This document shows, piece by piece, positions 9,762 to 20,053 of a stretch of 64,000 bases of DNA (the first letter of the stretch is position 1; every line of letters starts with the position of its first letter). The DNA is from Candidatus Acidiferrales bacterium. Its GTDB lineage: Bacteria > Acidobacteriota > Terriglobia > Acidiferrales > UBA7541. The notes under the pieces are model-generated. The model searched no databases. It had not been told where the DNA came from and was given only the letters and a program-made list of their open reading frames with translations. The stretch lies in NCBI GenBank assembly GCA_963741365.1, contig CAVUHY010000017.1, positions 2,444 through 66,443 on the forward strand, in the 5' to 3' direction. The translations under genes and the position numbers were made by a program.

Positions 9762-11734
9762 TAGCGCGCTCCTCCAGCAACGGTGCCGAATAGGACGGGC
9801 CGCAGCACCGGCCAGAAGATAATGCCGAACACGAGGATGGCTCCAATCACAACCCACACGGCGTAGCTCCGCGTGTTGCCAGACTGCGTGTGGCGGACGG
9901 TGTCTCCTATGGAAGTGGCGCTGCTGGCAATTCCATTGACTGCGCCGTCGATGATTCCCGTATCCACAATTCTCCAGAAAATGTTTCGCGAGAGCCAAAC
10001 CAGAGGGCCAATGATGGCGGCCTGGTAAAGTTCGTCGACATAATACTTGTTGTACAGAATTTTGTGCATGCCGGTGGAGGTTCCGCGGACCACCTTTTTC
10101 GAGTACATCCGCCACGCTACGAATAGTCCGGCCGTGGCAGCGACGACCGCCACGATCGACAACACGTGTTCGAGAGATGCCGCGGCTTCACCACCGGCAG
10201 CCTCGGCAGTTCCGAAAATCGGCGATAGGAAATCCGAAAAGTAATCCTTGCCGCCAAATAATGCGGGGAGGGCGAACCAGCCGCCGGTGAGCGAAAGAAA
10301 TGCCAAAATCATCAGGGGCACCGTCATGTTGTACGGCGACTCGTGGACGTGCACTTTGTGCTCGTCATAACGCTTCTCGCCGTAGAAAGTGAGCCAGACC
10401 AGCCGAAACATGTAAAACGAAGTGAGGACGGCCGCGAGCAGTCCCACGGCGTATAGAGCCTTACCGTTCGCTTCCGAATTGTATGCGGCGAACAGGATGG
10501 AATCCTTGGAGAAGAAAGCCGCAAATGGCGGAAATCCAGCGATGGCAATCGTGCCGAACAGCATGCACGAGTACGTAATTTTGATTTTCTTGCTGAGGCC
10601 GCCCATCTTCCACATGTCCTGCTCGCCGTTCACGGCATGAATCACGCTGCCGGCGGAAAGGAAGAGAAGCGCCTTGAAAAATGCGTGGGTCATCAGATGG
10701 AAAATTCCGGCGCCAAACGCGCCCACGCCGCAAGCCAGGAACATGTAGCCCAACTGGGAGACCGTGGAATAGGCGAGAACTTTCTTGATGTCCGACTGCA
10801 CCAGGCCGATGGTTGCCGCGAAAAACCCCGTGCCGCAGCCGATAATGGCAACGACGTACATGGCCGTCGGCGCGTGCGTGAACAAAACATGTGAGCGCGC
10901 CACCACGTAAACGCCGGCGGTAACCATCGTCGCGGCGTGGATCAAAGCGCTGACCGGCGTGGGGCCTTCCATGGCGTCCGGGAGCCAAACGTATAAGGGA
11001 ATTTGCGCGGACTTTCCGGTTGCGCCCATGAAGAGCAGCAGGCAGGCGATCGTTAACGTGCCGAACTGTCCCATGGCGTCGGGCGACAGATTGTGTGCAG
11101 CATTGAAGATCACGGCGAAGTCCAACGAATGGAAAGTCCGGAAGAGCAGGAACATACCCAGCATGAAGCCAAAGTCACCGATGCGGTTAACGATGAAGGC
11201 TTTCTTGCCTGCGTCCGACGCCGACTTCTTGAGAAAGTAAAAGCCGATCAGCAGGTAACTGCAGAGGCCAACACCCTCCCATCCGACGAAGAGCAGCACG
11301 TAGTTGGCGGCCAGCACCAGAGTCAACATGAAGAACATGAACAAGTTCAGGTAGGAGAAGAAGCGGTAGTAACCGCCTTCATGCGCCATGTAACCAGTAG
11401 CGTAAATGTGAATCAGGAAACCGACTCCGGTGACGACGAGCAGCATGACCACCGTCAACTGGTCCAGTTGCAGGTCGAAGCCAATGCGGAGATCGTTGTT
11501 TGCAACGATCCAGTCGAAAAATTCCTTTCGGAAGGGTTGTTGGCCGCCGGCGAAGAACTCTCGCACGGCTTCCAACGCGGCGAGGAATGACAGGCCGGTC
11601 GAGCCGAGCGCGACGGTGTTAACGATCTTGTTCGACCACTTGGACCCGAACAGACCGTTGATGGCTGAGCCTAGCAGCGGCAGCAGCAAGACAATCCAGA
11701 GATATTCGAGAATCGGCTTTTCAGGCATCGGCAT
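9761..11734 (-). CDS. nuoL: NADH-quinone oxidoreductase subunit L (cluster 2)
   Basis: 657 aa; WEGVGLCSYLLIGF, KAFIVNRIGD and [21 protein letters not shown] motifs. Confidence 0.96.
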   Translation of the reverse strand: MPMPEKPILEYLWIVLLLPLLGSAINGLFGSKWSNKIVNTVALGSTGLSFLAALEAVREFFAGGQQPFRKEFFDWIVANNDLRIGFDLQLDQLTVVMLLVVTGVGFLIHIYATGYMAHEGGYYRFFSYLNLFMFFMLTLVLAANYVLLFVGWEGVGLCSYLLIGFYFLKKSASDAGKKAFIVNRIGDFGFMLGMFLLFRTFHSLDFAVIFNAAHNLSPDAMGQFGTLTIACLLLFMGATGKSAQIPLYVWLPDAMEGPTPVSALIHAATMVTAGVYVVARSHVLFTHAPTAMYVVAIIGCGTGFFAATIGLVQSDIKKVLAYSTVSQLGYMFLACGVGAFGAGIFHLMTHAFFKALLFLSAGSVIHAVNGEQDMWKMGGLSKKIKITYSCMLFGTIAIAGFPPFAAFFSKDSILFAAYNSEANGKALYAVGLLAAVLTSFYMFRLVWLTFYGEKRYDEHKVHVHESPYNMTVPLMILAFLSLTGGWFALPALFGGKDYFSDFLSPIFGTAEAAGGEAAASLEHVLSIVAVVAATAGLFVAWRMYSKKVVRGTSTGMHKILYNKYYVDELYQAAIIGPLVWLSRNIFWRIVDTGIIDGAVNGIASSATSIGDTVRHTQSGNTRSYAVWVVIGAILVFGIIFWPVLRPVLFGTVAGGAR

Positions 11735-12036
11735 TAGAGTTTGAGAAGATTCGCGCGCTCCACATTAAGCGAACGACGGTTGCGCGCAGTCAAAATGATG
11801 ATTCCAAGCCCGACAGCCGCTTCTGCGGCCGCCACCACAATCACAAACAAAACAAAGACTTCGCCATCCGATTTTCCCAACGCCCGACTGAAGGCCACGA
11901 ACGCTAGGTTGACGGCATTCAGCATCAGTTCGATCGCCATGAAAATCGTGATGATGTTGCGCTTGAAAATGAAAGCTAGGATGCCGAGGCCAAAGAGGAT
12001 GGCGCTCAAAATAATGTAGTAATTTGTCGGGACCAT
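11734..12036 (-). CDS. nuoK: NADH-quinone oxidoreductase subunit K
   Basis: IELMLNAVNL and VAAAEAAVGL motifs; 100 aa. Confidence 0.95.
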   Translation of the reverse strand: MVPTNYYIILSAILFGLGILAFIFKRNIITIFMAIELMLNAVNLAFVAFSRALGKSDGEVFVLFVIVVAAAEAAVGLGIIILTARNRRSLNVERANLLKL

Positions 12037-12038
12037 GA

Positions 12039-12542
12039 TCAGTCCTCCCGCTGGGCGAGCACGATGGCACCCAGGATGGCCACAAGAATCAAGAAGGATG
12101 TCAGCTCGAACGGGTAGACAAACTCCGTAAAGATCAGCATGGAAATCGTCTTGGTACTGCTCAAGGAGGCGTTGGAAGTGGCTACCGGCAGGCTGCTGCT
12201 TGAGTGCACGATGGCCGCGCCGATCAATCCGGCGATAGCCAAGGCCAGGGGAATACCCGCAAACGTAGCCAGCTTCGAAAAGTTGGTGCGCTCTTCCTCG
12301 CCATCGTTCAAGAGCATGATGACGAACACGAAGAGCACCATGATCGCGCCGCCGTAGACGATGATCTGGATGGCCGCGACAAATTCGGAACCGAGGAGCA
12401 AATACAAACCCGCGAGGGCAACCATCACCACGATCAGCGAAAGCGCGCTGTGGATCGGGTGCTTCTGCAAAATCAGGCTCACCGCGCCCAGGATGGCGAT
12501 CGCGGCAAGCACGAAAAAAATGACGATTGGCGCGGCCAACAT
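12039..12542 (-). CDS. nuoJ: NADH-quinone oxidoreductase subunit J
   Basis: QIIVYGGAIMVLFVFVIMLL and PFELTSFLIL motifs; ATG at 12542 overlaps the nuoH stop. Confidence 0.93.
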   Translation of the reverse strand: MLAAPIVIFFVLAAIAILGAVSLILQKHPIHSALSLIVVMVALAGLYLLLGSEFVAAIQIIVYGGAIMVLFVFVIMLLNDGEEERTNFSKLATFAGIPLALAIAGLIGAAIVHSSSSLPVATSNASLSSTKTISMLIFTEFVYPFELTSFLILVAILGAIVLAQRED

Positions 12543-13750
12543 CACTTCATTCTCCAGAGAATAACGGCACTGGTGAGCACGACATTGGCGATCGATACGG
12601 GCAACAAAAATTTCCACCCAAAGCTCATCAACTGGTCATAACGAAAGCGCGGAAGCGTGCCGCGCATCCAGATGTACACGAACAAGAAGGCGAAGACTTT
12701 GGCGAAAAACCAGAACGGCCCCTGAATGATTTCGTTTACCTGGGGAAATACGAGAAAGGCAGCGCCGAGAGCAAGAAACGCCGTGCCGACGCCAGGCAAC
12801 AATATGCGGCCAAAAAGATCTTCGTAGCGCATGCCGTCGTAGATTACCCAAGCCCCGAATGGAATCAGCAACAGCGAGGGCAGATAGTGGGTGAACTGCC
12901 AGGTTACAGGGAAGGGAGAGAGCCAGCCGCCAAAAAAGAGAATCGTTGCCAGACACGACACGGCGATCATGCTGGTGTATTCCGCGATAAAGAACATCGC
13001 GAACTTCATGCTGGCGTATTCAGTGTGGAAACCGGCGACCAGTTCCGATTCCGCTTCCGGAAGGTCGAACGGCACGCGATTGGTTTCCGCGATCGCGGAA
13101 ATGAAAAAGCAAGTGAAGCCGATAATCTGCGGAAAAATATTCCAGGTCAGCAGGCCCTGCCCGGTCGTTCCTTGTTGATCCACGATGTTGCGCAAGCTGA
13201 AGTCTCCGGCGATGAGGAGCACGCCAACGACCGATAGCGTCAGCGAAAGTTCGTAGCTGATCATCTGTGCGGAGCTCCGCAGGCCGCCCAGCAGCGAATA
13301 TTTGCTGTTGGAGCCCCAACCCGCGAGGGCGATTCCGTATACGCCAAGCGCCGTGATGGCGAAGAGCACCAACAAGCTGATGTTTACGTCGGCGATGCCT
13401 ACTGTCGATTCATAGCCCCATAGTGTGAACTTCTGCGGCCCAAAGGGAATTACCGACAGCGAAGTGAGCGCCAGCATCAAGGTGATAAAAGGCGCGACGA
13501 AGTACGCGATCTTGTCCACGTTCGCCGGGATAGGATCTTCCTTGAAAATAAACTTTACGCCGTCAGCCAGCGGCTGCAGGAGCCCATGCGGCCCTACGCG
13601 GTGCGGACCCCAGCGGCTTTGAATATGCGCAATCACCTTGCGCTCCAGCCAGGTGAGATAGGCGTCGACGGTCAACACGACAAAAACGAGAATCACGATC
13701 TTGATAATCGGGACGATCAGATACGCGTATTGGGTGAGAAATTCGTTCAC
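12542..13750 (-). CDS. nuoH: NADH-quinone oxidoreductase subunit H
   Basis: ERKV..IQ.R.GP, AETNRVPFDLPEAESELVAGF and PRFRYDQL motifs. Confidence 0.96.
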   Translation of the reverse strand: MNEFLTQYAYLIVPIIKIVILVFVVLTVDAYLTWLERKVIAHIQSRWGPHRVGPHGLLQPLADGVKFIFKEDPIPANVDKIAYFVAPFITLMLALTSLSVIPFGPQKFTLWGYESTVGIADVNISLLVLFAITALGVYGIALAGWGSNSKYSLLGGLRSSAQMISYELSLTLSVVGVLLIAGDFSLRNIVDQQGTTGQGLLTWNIFPQIIGFTCFFISAIAETNRVPFDLPEAESELVAGFHTEYASMKFAMFFIAEYTSMIAVSCLATILFFGGWLSPFPVTWQFTHYLPSLLLIPFGAWVIYDGMRYEDLFGRILLPGVGTAFLALGAAFLVFPQVNEIIQGPFWFFAKVFAFLFVYIWMRGTLPRFRYDQLMSFGWKFLLPVSIANVVLTSAVILWRMK

Positions 13751-15987
13751 GGCTTGGCTTCAGCTTCCGGCAGGGATTGCATCATGGTGCAGAAGCGGCC
13801 GAGTGTGCCGCTGGTGAAAAGGGTATCATTCGCGGAGCGAATCAGCTGCACCGGCACGTCGTAAGGCGCGTGACCGTTCTTCGAGAATTGTACCGTGGTC
13901 GCTTCGGCCCCGCCGGTCAGCAAGCTCGCGGGTTGCACGTTGTAGCCAGGAACCGTCTTGCGAATTTCCTCGAAAACCGCGGCAGGATTCTTGAAGTGGA
14001 ATGCTTTGCCGAGTCCCAGTCGCTCCAGTTGATGAGTCAGGATGCGCAATAAATCGAAATCGGAGCGCGTGCCCATCGCTTCGCCGGCTTTGCGCAGCAA
14101 CTGCACTTCGCCGGAGGTATTGGTCACCGTGCCGTCTTTTTCATAAGCCGATGCCGCGGGGAACACGATGTCTGCTTGCTGTGCAGTTTCGGTCAAGAAC
14201 ATTTCGTGGATGATCAGCAACGAAAGTTTCCCTCTGCCGCTGCCGGATTTGCCGAAGTGCTTTAAGGGATTCGCGCCAACCACGTAAAGCGCTTGCAGCT
14301 TGCCGGATTGCGCTGCTTCCACCATCTGCGGGGCAGCGAGGCCCGGCTTTGGTAAAATTTTTCCAGCCCACTGACGTTCGAGCGATTCCGCAACCGCTTT
14401 ATTGTCTAAATACGCGTAGCCCGGCAGGCGATCCGGCAGCACGCCCATGTCGGCAGCGCCACGCGAATTGGCGTAATCGCCGAGCGCCATGTAGCCGACC
14501 TTGCCTTGCAACTTCGAGCCGAACTCCACCAAATGGGCAATCGAAGCGCCGGTGAGCTCGAAGCCGAACACAATTGCGATTTCCGGTTCTGCTTCCAGAG
14601 CTTGCTTCAGGGCGCCCAGTTGCTCGGCGACGCTCTGCTCGATCTGACCTTCGCCGGTGGCTAGCCAGCGGACGGCGGCAGCTTCCTGCCCAGCGGGAAG
14701 CCTTACGAATTGCAAGGCCTTGCGATCGAGCTTGATTTCGCGCGAGTTCATGATGAACAGTTTGCTGCCATGATGCCGAATGCCGGAACGAATCTGCCAA
14801 GCAACCAGCGGATTCTGATTCGAGGGATCGTTGCCGATCAGCAACACAGCTTTCGAATCGTAGAGTTGCGCCATCGTCAGCGTGGTGTGAGCCGCGCGAT
14901 CGCCGAGAGCAGTGACCAGTCCGGTATAGTCAGCGGTACGGTGGTGGTCAATATTGTTTGTACCGAATGTGGCCCGCGCCAGACGCTGCAACAGATAATT
15001 CTCTTCGTTCGAAGTGCGATTCGAGCCGATGAACCCAATGGCATCCGATCCGCCGCTGGCGTGAATTGCTTTCAGTTTGGTGGCCGCAGCTTGCGCGGCC
15101 TCTCCCCACGAAACGGGATAGAGTTTGTCGCCTTTGCGCAGCAGAGGCTGCTTGATGCGCTCGGGGTGCTTGGTGAAATCGAAGCCGAAGCGGCCTTTGA
15201 CGCACAGAAAATCCTTATTGATGCCGGAAAGATCGCGGTTGTTGGCGCGCAGAATTTCGTGATTGCGGACGCTCAACGTGGTTTTGCAGCCGTTTGAACA
15301 ATGGGTGCAGATGGTGGAGACGTATTGCATCTCCCATGGCCGCGTCTTGTAGCGATAGGTGCCGCTGGTCAGCGCACCGACCGGGCAGATGTCGATGCAC
15401 ATGCCGCATTCTTCGCAATCCAGGTGATCGCCGCCATTCGGGATGATGATGGAGTTGGCCCCGCGCATTCCCACGCCGAGGGCCTTCACGTCCATGCCCT
15501 CGTCGCACACGCGTATGCAGCGGAAGCACAGAATGCAACGCGGGGCGTCGTAATAGACAAGGTCGGACCACTTCTCTTCGGGCCGGTGGATCTTTTCTTC
15601 CACGAACCGGCTGGTGTCTGCACCATATCGGAAAACCATGTCCTGGAGTTCGCACTCGCCGCCCTTGTCGCACACGGGGCAATCGAGAGGATGGTTGGTG
15701 AGCAGAAACTCCAGCATCATTTTGCGCGCAGCGCGCACCTGTTCGGAATCGGTGCGGACGACCATGCCTTCGCCGGCGACCAGCGTGCACGCCGTCTGCA
15801 GCTTGGGCATTTTTTCCACTTCTACCAGGCACATTCGGCAAGCCGCTTGGAGCGACAATCCCGGGTAGTAGCAGAACGACGGCACTTCGGTACCCAGGCG
15901 GCGCGTGGCCTCAATTACCAGCGTACCTTGCGGAACCTGGACGTCGCGGTCGTTTATCTTGAGCGTAATCAGTTTTGCTTCTGCCAT
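13747..15987 (-). CDS. nuoG: NADH-quinone oxidoreductase subunit G
   Basis: CRMCLVE, HPLDCPVCDKGGECELQD and CILCFRCIRVC Fe-S motifs. Confidence 0.96.
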   Translation of the reverse strand: MAEAKLITLKINDRDVQVPQGTLVIEATRRLGTEVPSFCYYPGLSLQAACRMCLVEVEKMPKLQTACTLVAGEGMVVRTDSEQVRAARKMMLEFLLTNHPLDCPVCDKGGECELQDMVFRYGADTSRFVEEKIHRPEEKWSDLVYYDAPRCILCFRCIRVCDEGMDVKALGVGMRGANSIIIPNGGDHLDCEECGMCIDICPVGALTSGTYRYKTRPWEMQYVSTICTHCSNGCKTTLSVRNHEILRANNRDLSGINKDFLCVKGRFGFDFTKHPERIKQPLLRKGDKLYPVSWGEAAQAAATKLKAIHASGGSDAIGFIGSNRTSNEENYLLQRLARATFGTNNIDHHRTADYTGLVTALGDRAAHTTLTMAQLYDSKAVLLIGNDPSNQNPLVAWQIRSGIRHHGSKLFIMNSREIKLDRKALQFVRLPAGQEAAAVRWLATGEGQIEQSVAEQLGALKQALEAEPEIAIVFGFELTGASIAHLVEFGSKLQGKVGYMALGDYANSRGAADMGVLPDRLPGYAYLDNKAVAESLERQWAGKILPKPGLAAPQMVEAAQSGKLQALYVVGANPLKHFGKSGSGRGKLSLLIIHEMFLTETAQQADIVFPAASAYEKDGTVTNTSGEVQLLRKAGEAMGTRSDFDLLRILTHQLERLGLGKAFHFKNPAAVFEEIRKTVPGYNVQPASLLTGGAEATTVQFSKNGHAPYDVPVQLIRSANDTLFTSGTLGRFCTMMQSLPEAEAKP

Positions 15988-15993
15988 GGGTCC

Positions 15994-17807
15994 CTATCGC
16001 GAACTGACGAGCGCTTCGGCGGATTTATACGCGCACTTTCCCTGCAAGTGCTCTTCAAATTCATTGCGGAATTTCGTGACGACGCTGATCGTGGGCATGG
16101 CCGCGGCATCACCCAGCGGACAAAACGTCCGACCGAGCATGTTCTGCGACAGCTCGTTAATCAGGTCGATGTCTTCCGGCCGGCCCAGTCCCGCGTGGAA
16201 GCGGTCGAGCATCTTCTTGAGCCAGGATGTTCCTTCGCGACAGGGAATGCACCAGCCGCAGGATTCATGCGCGTAGAAATGCATGATGCGGCGCGCCATA
16301 TCGACCATGCAGGTGTCTTCATCAATGACCACCATGCCGCCGGAGCCCAGCATCGATCCGGCCTTGGCGACGGAGTCGTAATCCATGGCGATGTCGATTT
16401 CGTCGGCTTTGAACACCGGGCAGGAACTGCCGCCCGGAATCACCGCCTTCAGTTTTTTGCCGCCGGGAATTCCGCCGGCTACTTCGTCAATGAAATTTTT
16501 CATGTTCATGCCCAGCGGAATTTCGTAGATGCCGGGCTTATTGACATGGCCGGCAACGCAAAGCAGCCGCGTACCGCCATTTTTCGGCGTTCCGCGATTC
16601 GCGTAAACCTCGCCACCTTCCAGAATGATGGAGGGGACTGCACTGAGCGTCTCCACGTTATTAATGATGGTCGGGCAGCCGTACAGGCCCACCACGGCGG
16701 GAAGGGAGGCTTGATGCGCGGGTTGCCGCGCTTGCCTTCGAGCGATTCCATCAGCGCCGATTCTTCGCCGCATTCATATGCGCCTGCGCCGGTGTGAATC
16801 AGCAAATCGAAATCGAATCCGCTGCCCAGAATATTCTTGCCGAGATAACCGCGCGCATACGCTTCCTCGATCGCGCGTCGACGATATCCAGCACGTAGCG
16901 ATATTCGCCGCGAATGTAGATAAAGCCGTGATGCGCGTCGATGGCGCGGCCCGCGATGATCATGCCTTCGATCAACTGGTGCGGATCCATCTCCATCAGC
17001 GGCCGATCTTTGCAGGTGCCCGGTTCGGATTCGTCGGCGTTGCAGATGACATATTTCGGCTTCGGCGAGTCCTTCGGCACAAACGACCATTTCATGCCGG
17101 TGGGGAAACCCGCGCCGCCGCGTCCGCGCAGGTTGGATTTCTTGACCTCGTCGATAATCGAGTCCGGTGTCATCTGCTTCAGCGCCTTGTCCAGCGCCTG
17201 GTAGCCGCCGTTCTGCAGAAACACGTCGATCTTCGTGGAATCCTTGATGCCCCAGCGCTTGCTGATCAGCGGTGTTTCGAGTTGGTTGCGTTCATGCAGT
17301 GCCCCGGTAATCACCCGGACGGGAGCGGGCCGGTGGCCTTTGTCGAGCTCTTCGATGATGTGGTCGAAATTTCGCGGCGTCAGATTTTCGTAGAAATCGT
17401 AATTGACTTGCATAGCAGGCGCGCCGGTGCATGCTCCGATGCATTCCACTTCTTCCAGAGAGAAAACGCCATCGGGCGTAGTCTCTTTATGCCCAATTTC
17501 CAGGCGTTTCTTCGCGTGCTCCAGCAATTCTGTCCCACCGCGCAGCATGCACGCAACGTTGGTGCAAACCTGCACGTGATGTTTGCCCATCAGCTTGCGA
17601 TGCAGCATGGAATAATAACGCCAGCGTCTCTTCCACTTGCACGGTTTCCAGGTTCAGGCGGTTTGCGATTTCGACGACCATCTCGTCGGTGATGTAGCCG
17701 TATTCGTCCTGCGCGTACATCATCATCGGAATCAGGGCGCTGCGCTTGACCGGGTAGCGATACTGCAGTTGTTCAAATTTCGCCGCGAGTTTGGGTGATA
17801 GTTCCAT
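15994..17807 (-). CDS. nuoF: Fused NuoE-NuoF, with about three apparent frameshifts
   Basis: ORF 16799..17608 carries NuoE motifs ([16 protein letters not shown]) in frame with NuoF motifs ([24 protein letters not shown]); remaining parts are in 17487..17807, 16506..17090 ([13 protein letters not shown]) and 15994..16773 ([13 protein letters not shown]). Confidence 0.88.
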
Positions 17808-17812
17808 AATCT

Positions 17813-19009
17813 CTACCTGTCCACTTCCCCGAGCACAATATCGATCGTGCCGATGCTGGCAACCACGTCTGCAATCAACTGGCCCTGTACCATGAAGGGA
17901 AGGGCTTGCAGGTTTACGAACGAAGGCCCGCGGAAATGGACGCGCAAGGGCTTGGGCGAGCCGTCGCTAGCGATGAAGCAGCCCAATTCGCCGCGCGGGG
18001 ACTCAACGGCCACAAATGCTTCGCCCGGCGCAGGCGAAAAGCCCTCGGTAAAAATTTTGAAATGGTAGATGAGCGCTTCCATCTCCGTCTTCATCTTTTC
18101 GCGGGCCGGCGGCACGATTCCCGGGGCCTCAGATCGGATCGGCCCTTCATCGGTAATCTTGTCCATCGCCTGGCGCACAATCTTCACGCTTTCACGCATT
18201 TCCGCAACTCGCACGAGGTAGCGGGCATAGCAATCGGATTCCGTTCGCGTCGGCACTTCAAAGTCGAATTCTTCGTAAGAAGAGTACGGAAATGCCTTGC
18301 GGTTATCGTAGGCGATTCCTGCGGCGCGGAGACCCGGCCCCGTGGTGCTCAGCGCCACCAATTGATCGGGCGGCAGATAACCGACGCCTTTCAAACGCCC
18401 TTGCCAGATGCGGTTCTCCGTAAGGAGCGCCTCGTATTCGTCAATCCGCGCCGGCATCATGTCGACGAATTTCTTCACCATTTCGCGCCAGCCAGCCGGC
18501 GGTTCCAGGGCAATGCCGCCGATGCGGATGTAGCTGGTCATCATGCGCTGGCCGGCAAAGCGCTCGAAAATCTTCAGTATCTCTTCGCGCTCGCGGAAGC
18601 AGTACAGCATCACGGACATAGCGCCCATATCGATTGCGTGTGTCCCGAGCCACACCAGGTGCGACGAGATGCGTTGCAGTTCGACCATCAGCACGCGGAT
18701 ATATTGCGCGCGTTTTGGAATTTCTAGCCCAAGAAGCTTTTCCACGGCCAGGCAGTACACAAGGTTGTTGCCGAGCGGATTCAGGTAGTCCATCCGGTCC
18801 GTCAGTGTAATGGCCTGCGAATAGGTCTTGTCTTCGCAGCTCTTTTCGATTCCGGTGTGCAAATAACCGATGTCCGGCACGGAGGTAACCACGTTCTCGC
18901 CGTCGAGCTCGAGCAGAACGCGGAGCACGCCGTGCGTGGAGGGATGTTGCGGTCCCATATTGAGGACCATTGTTTTTGCGGTACCGACTGCTGTTTCCAC
19001 CGTTGTCAT
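17813..19009 (-). CDS. nuoD: NADH-quinone oxidoreductase subunit D
   Basis: NMGPQHPSTHGVLR, ESPRGELG and DIVLGEVDR motifs. Confidence 0.97.
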   Translation of the reverse strand: MTTVETAVGTAKTMVLNMGPQHPSTHGVLRVLLELDGENVVTSVPDIGYLHTGIEKSCEDKTYSQAITLTDRMDYLNPLGNNLVYCLAVEKLLGLEIPKRAQYIRVLMVELQRISSHLVWLGTHAIDMGAMSVMLYCFREREEILKIFERFAGQRMMTSYIRIGGIALEPPAGWREMVKKFVDMMPARIDEYEALLTENRIWQGRLKGVGYLPPDQLVALSTTGPGLRAAGIAYDNRKAFPYSSYEEFDFEVPTRTESDCYARYLVRVAEMRESVKIVRQAMDKITDEGPIRSEAPGIVPPAREKMKTEMEALIYHFKIFTEGFSPAPGEAFVAVESPRGELGCFIASDGSPKPLRVHFRGPSFVNLQALPFMVQGQLIADVVASIGTIDIVLGEVDR

Positions 19010-19034
19010 GATTCACGTTCCGCGAAAGCGGCCA

Positions 19035-19514
19035 CTAGCGTTGTCCCTCCGTGGGAAAATCCCGCCGAAGGGGAAAGCCTTGAAATCCATCGGGCAGCAA
19101 AATGCGCCGCAAATCCGTATGGCCTTCAAAGTGAATGCCGAACAAGTCAAAAACTTCGCGTTCCAGCCAATTGGCTCCGGGCCACACCGGCATCAGCGAA
19201 TCCACGACAGGATTCGCGCCGGAAACGCTGATGCGCAGACGAACGCGCTGGCGGCGGGGAATGGAAACGAGCTGGTAATTCAATTCAAAACGAGGTTCGA
19301 TGGGAAAGCGGTCAACGCAGGTTACGTCGCTTAGCAGGTTGAAATTCAATTCCGGGGTAACTTTGCAAAAATTGGTGGCCGCGCGCAGCAATTCTTTTGG
19401 CACGACGATGGTGATTTCGCCCCGATATTCTATAATTTCCGCAACAGAGTTGGCGTTCCAGTCGCGAAGGCGCTCAGCTACAACCTTAGCGTTTACATTT
19501 GCGAGCTCCGTCAC
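19035..19514 (-). CDS. nuoC: NADH-quinone oxidoreductase subunit C
   Basis: WLEREVFDLFGIHFEGHTDLRRIL..PLRRDFP motif. Confidence 0.95.
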   Translation of the reverse strand: MTELANVNAKVVAERLRDWNANSVAEIIEYRGEITIVVPKELLRAATNFCKVTPELNFNLLSDVTCVDRFPIEPRFELNYQLVSIPRRQRVRLRISVSGANPVVDSLMPVWPGANWLEREVFDLFGIHFEGHTDLRRILLPDGFQGFPLRRDFPTEGQR

Positions 19515-19945
19515 GTTAAAGAGATCCTCGACTCGAAGGGTAAGCGCCCTTTCTGAGATTTATGCCAGTCCAGCGCACCCTTTTTCCAGAGATAGGCATA
19601 ACCGACCAATAGAATGGCCACATAGAACATCATCTCTATGAAGCCGAACCAGCCCGTTGCCGCGTTTCCTGCTAAATTCTTGAAAATACACGCCCAAGGG
19701 TAAAGGAAGATTGCTTCTACGTCGAACAAAATAAAGACCATGGCCACGAGGTAAAATTTCACGGAGAACGGCTCGCGAGCGTCGCCTGTCGGTTCCACGC
19801 CGCATTCGTAAGAAGCGTCTTTCGCTTTGCTGGGGCGTCTCCAGCCGATAAAGGTGGACATTGCAAGCAATGCCCCCGCAAGAACGGCAGCCACGACCAG
19901 GTGTATTAGTAGTGGCACGTAAGCGTGTAGGCCAGAGGAGGTCAT
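19511..19945 (-). CDS. nuoA: NADH-quinone oxidoreductase subunit A
   Basis: YECG and FYLVAMVFILFDVEAIFLYPW motifs; ATG at 19945. Confidence 0.95.
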   Translation of the reverse strand: MTSSGLHAYVPLLIHLVVAAVLAGALLAMSTFIGWRRPSKAKDASYECGVEPTGDAREPFSVKFYLVAMVFILFDVEAIFLYPWACIFKNLAGNAATGWFGFIEMMFYVAILLVGYAYLWKKGALDWHKSQKGRLPFESRISLT

Positions 19946-20053
19946 AGTGGAAGGGTTATAATAGCGATTCGGGAGCCACCCGGTCAAATGTCCCGGTGAA
20001 TTTCCGATTAGTTTTTGATAGAAATATTCTCATCCCTGGAGACGCGCAAGTTC

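Noticed and set aside
8172-10115. 647-aa NuoM with a long N-terminal extension (similar cases for nuoJ, atpE, tmk, thiS and ORF 42995)
   Set aside because: The extensions are alternative-frame overlaps with upstream genes; better starts with an RBS or stop/start coupling exist downstream.
15301-17692. Long + strand ORFs antisense to nuoEFG (and similar antisense ORFs elsewhere)
   Set aside because: Shadow ORFs expected opposite GC-rich coding genes; no recognisable motifs.
1-17807. Genuine pseudogenisation of both complex I clusters
   Set aside because: Isolated indels with otherwise conserved sequence are better explained by sequencing error.
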